DNA from: Salisapilia sapeloensis CBS 127946
Taxonomy: Eukaryota > Protista > Oomycota
NCBI GenBank assembly: GCA_023334545.1
Contig: JAADVB010000042.1
Coordinates: 35,489-99,488, forward strand
DNA: 64,000 nucleotides
Direction: 5' to 3'
The notes under the pieces are model-generated. The model ran no database searches. It was not told where the DNA came from and was given only the letters and a program-made list of their open reading frames with translations. Of this stretch, positions 46,640 to 57,600 are shown piece after piece (position 1 is the first letter of the stretch; each line of letters begins with the position of its first letter). The translations under genes were made by a program, and so were the position numbers.

Positions 46640-48572
46640 ATGGAGAACGCCGCGTCTCGTTTCGGCCAGCGCCTTGCGCACACAGGTTCGTATTTGATCC
46701 TCTCAATAAGCTCATGCAGCTGTACTCTACTGTTTCTTCATGATGTGATGAATTGACCATTGCAAATATAATAGAGAAAAAGTATCGGGACCAAGCTCTA
46801 CGCAAGCTCACATCGTATCTGACACAGCGGTCTACTTGGACTGCGTTGGAATTGGATAAGCTATGGAAAGCCATTTTCTACTGTACGTTCAAGTTTGGTG
46901 ATAGCACTGTTCTCTGTGATACTATTATCTCTTGATTAGGCATGTGGATGAGCGACAAGCCCAAGGTCCAGCAAGAGTTGGCAGCCAATCTGGCTCAATT
47001 GATGCACAAGATTCCTTCCACCGACATTGCTCTGGAATTTATCCACAGTTTCTTCCGTACGATGCACCGAGAGTGGCCTGGTCTCGACCAACTACGGTAT
47101 TATGCTTCTTCCATACGTCGCTTGTGCATGCACTCATCCTCTCGCATAGATTGGACAAGTTCTACTTTCTCTTCCGTCAATTCCTGCATGAATCAGTTGC
47201 TCTCTTGGCTGCAAATGACTGGAACCTCCAGTACGTCGAGACGTTCGTATCGATGCTGTCGACGGAGATTGTGAGTCAGAAGCCGAACGGACTTCGTCTC
47301 CATATTTCAGACATTTTCATTGAAGAAGTGTTTACTGCTGGTGGAGACAGTATCTCTACACCTTCCTTTATGCTTTTGCTTGAACCGTTCTTCTCTCTCT
47401 TGTCTTCTGAGTACGATCGTGCTGTCTACAAGCGTATTCATGAGAATATCTTCACTTCTCTAGTGGACGAGTATGAGTTTGCCGACTCGGTCGAGAAAGA
47501 TGACGTGTCGGATGACAAGGAAGGAGATGAGACGGATGAAGAGGAAGAGACGAAGAAGTTTGCGAACGTCGAAGTGCGATACGTCCAGCACCGTATCTTC
47601 CGTATCGCAGCGGCGGATGACACGGTCGAGCGAAACCGCAGTCAGCTGTATGAGCTCTACAACAAGTTCTACAGCGCGACGCATGTGGATTCATTCAAGG
47701 CTGGAGAGAAGGAGGAGAAGAAGCTTCAGGCTGAGGTTGAGAAGAAACGCAAGAAGGATCAGCGCAAGCGAAAGCAGGAAGAAGTCAAGGTAGAGGAGAC
47801 GGAAGAGCAAGAGAAGGCGACAAAAAAGCAAAAGAAGAGCAAGGAGTCTGCTCCCGTGGAGGAAGTTGAAAAGTCTAAGAAAAAGACTAAGAAGCAGAAC
47901 ACGGATGAGCCGGCAGTCGTAGAAACCAAGAAGAGTAAGAAGAAGACGACAGAGGATTCGGCAGTCGTAGAGACAAAGAAGAGTAAGAAGAAGAAGACGG
48001 ATGACTCGGAAATTGTGGAAACGAAGAAGAGTAAGAAGCAGGTGGCGGAGGCTCCTGCTGAAAAGGAAAAGGAGAAGTCGAAAAAGAAAGACAAGAAGCG
48101 GAAAGCGGATGAAATGGCGGACACACAGGTGAAGACGCCAGAGACTAGCAAGAAAGCAAAGGAGGCAGAGGATCCGAACGTTGTCATCCGCAGTGGAAAG
48201 AAGTTCCAACGATGCTCTTCCTGCAGAGGTTTCGGCAAAGGCTTTATCCCGAAGAACAAGACCATGTGCAGACACTGTGAGCGAGCTGCATCTTCCTCCA
48301 AGCAAGCGAAGAACAAGACAAAGAAAGTGAAGAAGAAGCAGGAGAAGCAGGCGAACATGGATGCCGAGGAAGAGAAGAAGGCCAATGCGAAGAAAGTGAC
48401 GTTCGGAACGAACAAAGCACTCAAGCACGAGGTGTCTGTGAAAAGGCTCAAGGCGTCTGCGAAGAAGAAAGCGGACGACGAAGCTTTGGCCAAGTCGATC
48501 AAGGGCGTTCTGAAGAAATCTGACGCGCCCAAGGTCAAGAAAGGAAAGAAACGTGCGGCAGACTTCTTTTAA
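46640..48572 (+). CDS. RRP1: Ribosomal RNA processing protein 1 (RRP1/Nop52), spliced
   Basis: RLAHT/EKKYRD.ALRKL, KLWKAIFYC.WMSDKP.VQQELA, REWPGLDQLRLDKF, Lys-rich tail. Confidence 0.92.
47910..48035 (+). repeat. Coding tandem repeat of about 48-51 bp x3 (VVETKKSKKK) in the RRP1 tail
   Basis: gcagtcgtagaaaccaagaagagtaagaag, gcagtcgtagagacaaagaagagtaagaag and gaaattgtggaaacgaagaagagtaagaag. Confidence 0.85.
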
Positions 48573-48650
48573 CTCCTCACGAACAATAGACAACAGGGAT
48601 GCATTTTGAATCAACGTCGACTCGATGTACTTGCTAAAAATTCACTTTAC

Positions 48651-51600
48651 TTAAATGGTACTTTTGACCAGCAACCAGCTTTGACTCGGGTACATGCGTG
48701 CGAAGAGGCTGACGAAGAACTCGTCCTGATCTGCCAAGCTTCGGTTCGGGTCCCGTGCAAACTGGAGTAGCCATTCGACCCTCTTCCCTAGTTGCAGACA
48801 GTCCTTGCTGCCCATTAATTGTTCCAGTTTCTTGATCTCAGCCTCCGTGGTTGCGGACACGTGTAAAGGTACACGGTCCGAGTCTCGTAATGGTGTACTT
48901 TGCTTTGTCTGCAGTCGTAGATAAATGCCTGAAACCATCGCGGACAAGTGGAACTCAACGCCATGGGCCAAAGCACCACCCATGCCAATAGCTTTCATCA
49001 GACCATGATTCTTCCGCTCATCTCCAAGCACAAGCAGTCGTTCTGCTAGTTGCCGGAGTGTCTGCTTTCGAACCGGTAGTGATAAATGCGGTGCTAAGGC
49101 TACATTAACGACATTGCTCAATTCTGCGGCGAGGTACATGACCTTTCGTTCGACTTGCACACCAGAGTTCCTCGGCAACTCAAACTGCTGAATCCACGCC
49201 AAGAGTTTCCCAACAAGTCCGACCGCAACGCTCTCGGTTAAAGTCGGTGCTTGCTTGAGCTGTTGGAGGAAGAGAACTTGTAGTGTCAGCAAACTGCCAG
49301 ATTCTAGACAAGCCTCTTCAAACTCATCCACGCTCAGTTCCGGTACAGTCAGCTTCGACACAACGTCTTCCCATCCTCCTCGACGTTCCTCAATCAACCA
49401 CCTCTCGATGCTCTTTTCGCTAACCTGACTCATCACATGCACAGAGGCAACAGCACGACCACAGGCCGATAGACAACACAGCTCTCCACCACGGAACCCT
49501 AAAAAGCTCCACAAGAGTCGACCTAGCGGATCTCCAATCGCTTCGACTGCTGCCCAAGACGATGCGTCTGCCGGGATACTACTAGATTCTTCTCCACCAG
49601 AGGAACAGGGAGAACTGTCGCTCCAGTTGCCAGAGTTTCGACGAGGACGCCGCTTCTTCTTGTTCCGCCCGTTGGATGCAAAGTCCCGGACAAGGCCATC
49701 CAGTTCCACTAGAATCACATTTCCATTCTTGGTCCACGTAGCGCTGATAGTCGGTGTGGATGCACTGCGTTGTGTGGCGAAGAAGTCGTCTACGAGAGAC
49801 AGGTTACAGAATCGGAGGATACCGATGATGGTCTTTTCAATCGGTCGATCACCCACTCGTTCCACTTGTTCCGGATGCTTACACAACTGCACGAGTTCAT
49901 CTAGCTTCTCATACAGGACAGTGCAACTCGCACCAAGGAGAGCCATGAGCCATCCGGATTTGCCACAAGCATCAAAAGCAGCACTCACGCGTGTCTTGTC
50001 GTTCTGTTCGAAGATAGTGTAGATCATGGCGAGGAACTGGTCGATCCGGTCAAAGCAGCCTGATGGAGGCAGCTTCTGATGCTCTGTCGTGGTGATCTCC
50101 GATAGCAACCGGAAGGCTAGTTGGAGCCTCGCAAAGGCATCTTGGATGACAGGAGGAGACTTCATGTGCTGGAATCGATTGTCATTCGACTGGAGAGGGT
50201 CCAGGACTGTGTCTTTCGCATAGTCCAAGAGAGCCTGCAAGTGTACAGTCTCGAGCTCCCAGTTCCGCCACAAGGCCGACTGTTGCTTGACAAAGTTCAC
50301 GAGGTAAGGTGGTAGCCTATTTGCAGACGACGAACTGCTTTGAGAGTTACTTCGGAGCGCACCTGACCGAGTGCTAGTGTCAGGTGGGAAGTCAATGATG
50401 AGATCAATGCACAGCTTGGCAAACGTCAGCAGGAAGTTCGAGACGATGGTCTGCTCTTGTTTCTCCAGCCACGCCTCCGTTTCATCCCATGTCAGTCGAC
50501 ACAGCACCTCCCGTACCATCCACGATACGTACGGGTACGGCGCAGAAGCTTCTGTCTTTTCACATTCGATAGACTCTCGCATCTGCTGCACCACTTCCAG
50601 TGTCAGGACCCAGTGCTCCCATCCAAGTCGTGTTAGGAATTGGTGTAGGAGCTTACACACGTGAGCTGGTGCATTTGGGACCAGCACTTCGAGATAAAAC
50701 GTCCACAATTGCGTCAGTTTATCAGTCTTCGGTGCAATGCTTCCATCGTCATCCGGAATGGGAGACAAGTATTCACGACAGATGCCAACAAAGCTAGCAC
50801 ACAACGTGCTGCCTGTGGAAGCAGATTCCTCTTCGTTCCAAGGACAGCATCGACTAGAGCTTTCATTCGCACTCGCTGGTTCGTAGAGAGTGGATAGGAG
50901 AGGTTCATAGAAAGTTGTGATGAGTCCCCACTGGCGCTTTTGAGGAATGTGCTTGATTAGAGTTGCAAAGAGTTCCAAGAGACTCTTGAGGACACCCAAC
51001 GTCTGTAGGTAGACGAGTGGATAGAGCTTTTCGCTCTTTCCAGCACACTTCCATCGGATGGAGCTGACGTGCTGACTTAGGAACGACACTACGCTCTCAA
51101 TCTCGATGAACGACAGTCGATTCCAGCAAGCGTCTGGAACATTCACGAAAGCCTCCCATGCAGTCGCATCCACTGGTCGTGGCAATAGGGATGCGATCAT
51201 CGCAATGTCGGAGCTATCGTCTGACACATTCAGCGACGTCGTGTTCGCGAATCGATAGTCATCATGGACACCCACGAGTGCTTTTACGACACGCTCAAGA
51301 TGATCTTCCAATCGCTCACTACACACTAGTTTCACTACATTGGAGTATATCTGCAGCAGCTCACGCATGTGGGCATTTGCTCCTTGCCCAGCAGTCTCTT
51401 TTCCTCCTCGCCACGACTCGAGTAGCAGTCGATCAGCTGGGAATTGAGCCGTGAGATCTCCAAGGACAATGGACAAGACGGTTTCCAAATCAAACTTGGA
51501 AGGCGTTGCTTGCTGGAGCCACGAGGAAAAGTCAAAGCGACGTAGCACGGCTAGTTTCTGTTCGCTCGACAGCTTACTGGCAGAGCTAGCACTCAGTAGT

Positions 51601-54600
51601 TTCGAAAAGAGTTGGACGAACCGAGAGGGTGCAGCTGCTGGGAAGAAGCACGGACTTAGGAGGTCAATACGTGTAGGATCGTCGAGCATCAGATCTAACA
51701 AGGCTGCTGTCTCCTGCGCATTCACACCGACAAAGTTCGCACCGAGTTGTCGGATGGCACGCCACAGAGCTTCGCGTAGAGAAGGCAGCATCCTTGCCAG
51801 CTTCGTATCGAGCTTGGTGAGTTCACGGAACCATTCCAGCCCCTTCTCCTGGAGTCGAGCTAGCTTTTTATCTACATCTACAGTCTCTGCTTCTTCCTCA
51901 GTGGTACCAGCCACTTTTGTCTCCTCCTTTTCACGCTCGAGCAGCGGCATTTGAACGTCTAGAGCCTGGACGATGCGATCAATCAGAAGCAGTTGACGGC
52001 ACAACGCTACAGTATCTTGGTCCAAGCCTAGAAAGGCAGGTACATCCAAGTCGACGACTTCTTCGCTACCGACCTGCTGTCCATCGTATGCGTCAGATAG
52101 AGAAACAGAGAGGTTGGGAGGCTGCATGGCACTGAAATCGCAACGATCGGCATGAACGAGAACTGTATCAATGGCTTCCGACACATCTGCATCACGAGAC
52201 CATTCCATAAACTCAAGACGAAAGATTGCAGGCGAACTACAGCTCGTGCCTTCGAGACATGCCCGACTCTGCGTCACTGTACGTGGCTTGCTCGCGTATA
52301 ACTTGGTCGTGTGGTCCATAAGTTCAGCATCGAGTGCAACCAACGTAGACAAGGTCTCGGAGAACTGTGTCGCAGCCTGCTTTAGCGTGGCTGCATTCAG
52401 AGCTGGGGAAGTGGACAAGACGCAACTGCTTTCTGTCACCTGGACGTTTGCAGTCGGTAATGAAGTCAACGACCTTTGCTGCGTTTGCTGACGAGTAGGT
52501 GGTAAAGGTAGACCACTTGAGTCCGCCTTCTCACCTACCGATGGAGCTCTAGTGCGGAACGTACTGAATGTTTCAATGAAATCGTAGTCGTCGTCAAAGA
52601 GCTCATTGTTCGACCCTGTCGTGTCGTCTGTGTTGCTCATACTTACCACGTCATCGTTTCCGTTGTCACAATAAGAAGAGCGACTGGCATGCTGGAGTCC
52701 ACATAGGTTCAGCCATAGAGGTAGCTTATCCCATGTCATGTCGTTTGCATCACAGAGGAGAGCAGCACTTAGACTGAGCACCTGTCGTAGTCTCTGGGCT
52801 TCGAAATGTCTCGGTAAGGAGTCAATCTGGTCTTCCCGCATCCATTTATTCGGATCACTGTCTTCTAGCCATGCATCCATGGCCGTATACAGTTGCGACA
52901 GAGACAGTAAGTGCGTGTACTTCTTGTCCTTGGCATCTACACCGGAAGCTGCCGTCAGTTCCATCTGTGCTTGCGTAGAACAGTGACTAGACAGCATCCG
53001 TAGCTTCTTCTGGAGATTCTGTCGCAGATACGATTGTCCTCTAGACACCTCGGAGCGTTCGAGGAAGTGGTGTCCAAAGAAGCGGGAGCAACTGTCGGAT
53101 GCAAAGTAGAGTGCGAAGAGCACTTGCCAGAAGAGTACTTGCAGTGGCTCTTCCTCTGGTAGCTCTAAACAGTACTCGCACCACCGGTAGAACTTAAACT
53201 CGGCCAATGTATCGAATGTGGTGTGTGCGTATCGAAGGGCCTTCTCCTGTCGAACGGTATCCGTAACGATTTCGTCCGACTCACTCGGGAGGGTGCTGAG
53301 GCCCACTTCGTGCAGCGCAGCAGCAATGTCACCTTCTTCCAACGCCATTCTCTCCAGCGTCGACATCGTTTCTGGTTCATGCTGGATCATCAGCTGACCA
53401 AACGCAGATAACAACGGTGCCTCTTGTCTCGTCTCGACCATAAGCGACCAGAACGAGAGACTAGGACAGCTGCCAACGTACTGCGCAACATTCAGCGCGC
53501 CTCCAAAGAGTGACTGAAACGTTAGTGAAGGAGAGGAAGCTGGTAGGAAGCTAACAACCGGCGGTCGCTCTGCATCTACACCAACTTCCGACTCGCTCTG
53601 CGGCTGCAGAATTACTTGCTCTAGTTTGGAACAATACTGCTTGAAGGCTACTACCAGACCGGACAATAGACTCCATAGTAGACTCTCATGGCGCTTACTC
53701 TGCTTACGCATATACTGATTCATGGCGCCTTGCAACAGCACATCCATTACTTTTCGCAGTCCAGGATGCTCAAACCAAACAGGCGTTTCTAGAGTATATT
53801 CAAACCACGTGCGAATCGTATCTTCCATCCCACTGGCACATAGCTCCATTTCACGCTGAAGAGCCATGCACAAGGAGCGTATGGAATCGCCTTCCTCTGG
53901 ACTCGACGACATGATGCCAATAGTACTACTTGATCTAGCAACAGGAATTAAGGAAGAACTACGGATGGACAGTAACTCTGTGATGGACGTTGCGTCCGCA
54001 GATGCGAGGGGTCCAGTCGACTTGTCATGTCGCCACAGCCAAGACATGGCGCCATGGAGCAAGGCTGTGGTGGATAGAGATCCTGCAGACGCGAGTGGAA
54101 AAGTGTCATCAGCAAGAGACGGCAGTGCAATGGGATGCACGAAACGAGAGTGATTGCGTACGAAGCGTAGTCTCGCAAGCACCTTCTTCCGCGCCGCTTG
54201 TTCCCACGTCATGATGTATCCGTTCTGTAGGATCTCTTCCATATTCCGCAACTCGACTTCGTTAATATACGCGTACTTGTACAAAACATGGAGAAGACGT
54301 AATAAGTCATCCAGGGAAAGAGATTCGAGTGCTTTCATGCAACGCTTCTCCTCCCACTCGACAAACGTTACTCTCGCTTCTGCTTCAGACCCAACGACGT
54401 GGTCTAGCAGATGCAGTTTGGCGCGCACAGCCAAGACGTTCTGTATGACTTGTACACTAGCAGCAAACTGATTGTTCTGGAGGAGAATCACGAGAGGTTC
54501 CCATCGATCCAATCGACTAGAGTACAAAAAGGTAGTGATCTGACAGATGACATACGCGACGATCGGGTCCGTCGTCAGAGTGCTCGAATCTTTTGTCTCA

Positions 54601-57600
54601 TCCGACTCGTTCGTGCCAGTACTCTCCACCTTTTCATAGAGAGGGTTTGAATTATCATACTGATCTAGAACCTCTCTGTCCGATCCTTGTAACGCTTCAA
54701 GCCGTTCATCCCTCGTCTCTGCTTGGCTCTTTCTTCCCAAACGCTGCACTTGTGTCTCCAAAGAAGCGTAGAAAGGAATCTGAAGCTCGGAACTTAGAGC
54801 TGCCGATGCACTTGCAAACCACCGACGAAGCATGAGCGCTTCTCGAGACTTGTCCTGGACAAGATCGATCGGTTCCAAGAGCGGGGCGTGGCTCAAGGGA
54901 GAGTGGAAGCGCAATTTCAGCATCAGACGCCAGCACCAAGCTTCAAAATCCACTTCCTGTTCCAGCCAGAGTGCTCGACGGATGGATTTCGTAAAGTAGT
55001 GCATCTGCGAACGACTGCTGTCCACTGCTTCCACCGGTTCTCGCGGATGCAGTCGACGTGCCTTGTGCAGCACAAGAGCTTCTGCAAGGATGAGCGCTAC
55101 CTGTCGATGCAATGCCGCTGGTGTGAACAGTGTTTGTTCTTTCAAGTCGAACTCCCAATTTACGTGATCAAGGAGAAAACGAGCGAGGACGGCACGTGGC
55201 TCACAAGTGTCTTGGAGGAAGAGCCACGATTGTAGCGTCGACAGGTCGTGCAAGGTAGGCGTCCAGCGATTGACAGGCAGCGTTTGAAAGAGCTTCACCC
55301 ACGTCCCAGCACACTCGTGATACTTGAAAAGCAAAGAGATGAGGTGAGACAACGCCCACGGATGTGTCAGACAGACAGTGCTAATGGCTGGTGCCACTTG
55401 ATCTCCCTCTTCCCCCAACGCAATACGACAGCTTGGTTCTGTAAAGCCAACGAAGAAGAGTTCCTTCACGGCGACAGTCACCAATGCGCGTCCGTCTTCA
55501 TCTTCTCCTGAAGTGCAAGCGGCGAGACTCGCTACAGCTTCCAGGAGGTAGGCAACATGTTCTGCATCCGCTTGCACACGTTCATGAAGGACCTGTCTCC
55601 TCGTTTTACCACTCGCGTCACTCCCGTGTCTACTCTGCTCTGCAAACGAGAGCCATCCAACGACGCTCTTGGCTTCAGTCGGTGGCTGATGGTCGTAGAA
55701 CAGTAGGAGGGAGAGGACATCCCACTTGGCCAGGGCCGACAGAGCGCTGAATGGAAAAGCCTTGAGCTGCTGCCATGACGCTCGACTGCATTCGGGTGCC
55801 AAGAGACCATGCAAAGCAGTGAGGAAGAGCTGATCGAGAAGCGTAGGGTAGAACAACGCGTCCTTGGCTGTCTTTGAACGCGTCTGCGTACCGACAGATA
55901 TGTGGGAAGCGCTCTCAAGTAGCTGAGCTAACAAGTCTGCTACACGGATAGGGAACTTTTCGAACTCCTGGAATGTCCGTAAACTCTGTGTGAGTTCCAG
56001 GACGAGCGTTAGTGCTCGATTAAAACACTTTTTAGTGTCGTAAGAGCATCGGAAGATCTGATAGAACGCTAGCGTATGTGGAAACTGGTTGACAATAGCA
56101 ACAAAGTCATCGTCGGACAAGAACCATTTGTCCAGTGTCTCTGGGTTCTCTAGAAGAACCCACTCCGGCGACACCTTTCGATCGTTTGGTATGCGTTGGG
56201 ACCTCGACATGTGGGATGGACTGCTGGACACCATCGTAGCCATACGTCGGAGTTTCTCCGGGTGGAAAACAAGGTGGACCATGGCCAAGTAATGGTCGAC
56301 GAGATCCTCTGTCCAGTCGCCAGTGACACTCCCGTCTCCCTGTATCAATCGACGTGGAAACTGGAGGAAACGAAGTGCCCACTCTCGATCCTCTGTTGAT
56401 ACTCGCGGCAAGTACATGACATGCATGAGGACATATGGCGTGTTGCTCAGGAGCTTTGTACGAAGCAGCGTCTGGAGACAGGTGGCGATCCAGTGTTGTA
56501 GCGACTGTCGAAAGCGACCAACGGCTGCAACCCAATCGCTAGAAGACGTCGATACTGAAGTGGACGGTAAGTACAAGAGCACCTGACAGCTACGACACAT
56601 GCGACACGACTGATCAGCAGGCATCGGCTCGTTCAGACTTCCACATGCAAAGCACTTGATCTGTCGGAGCATCCCGCTGCTCTTATGGGACGGAGACTTG
56701 CTTTCTGGTGCCTGCCACACGACTTCTCCTCTGTTAAAGTACGCTGGTAGTCGAGCGAATTGAGACCCGTCATCTACCGTCACTGCCTTCTCAAAGTAGA
56801 TGAGGACGTCGATAACCTGTTTCAGCGCATCAACACTTGCACACAAGTCAGTACCAGGTTCGAGAGCTTCGTAGAAGTTAGCACCGGACGGAACGACTTC
56901 AAATTCACTGCTGTCGTCTTGAGAATAGAATCGACGTTGGTTAACAAACGTCACGAGGTGCGTGTCCTCCAAGACGTTCGAAAGAGCCTCTTCAACATGG
57001 AAAAATGAGAGAGCTCTGTCGAGAACATGCATAGACGCTTCTGTCGTGCGTGCCTGTCGAAGTGCATCTTGATGGTCACGCAGTCGATCCATGTGCGCTG
57101 GGTCAAGCTTCGCTGTCGTAAAGTCCATCTCGTGCTTGATTTCAATGTTATCACCGCAGCGTTTAGTGGCTGAGATCCGCCGCTTGTCCAAAGACCACAC
57201 CTGGCGCAACAGCTCTTGTGTCTTGTTCCGACTGGACTGGATGTGAGTGCAAGCAGTGTGTACGAGGTACTCGGAGAAGAGGTACTTTTCCACGAGTCGA
57301 TAGAGATCTCCTTTGGAAGCACCAATGTGCTGCATCTTCTTCTCCTGCCGCTTCTGAGCTGCCTCTGCACGGAGGAGATTCATCTCGTAGTTCACATGCG
57401 GCTCCAGCTTAATGTAAACATGATGGAGAGATGTTTTCTCTTCATGAGAGACGTTAGGAAGCTCCTTTTGCTTTGCTGACTGGAGCGTCTCGGCGTCTGG
57501 TATCTCTGGATATTGTCGTGTAGATACTTGCCGCAGTTTGTAGCTCGTAGCAGATGCATGCTTCGTGCTGACTTCTTTTTGAGCACTCGCTTGTTCTACT

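Noticed and set aside
47691-48614. Long antisense ORFs (307 aa and 259 aa) rich in Leu/Phe/Ser
   Set aside because: Shadows of the AAG/GAG-rich RRP1 tail; the complement of Lys/Glu codons rarely gives stops.
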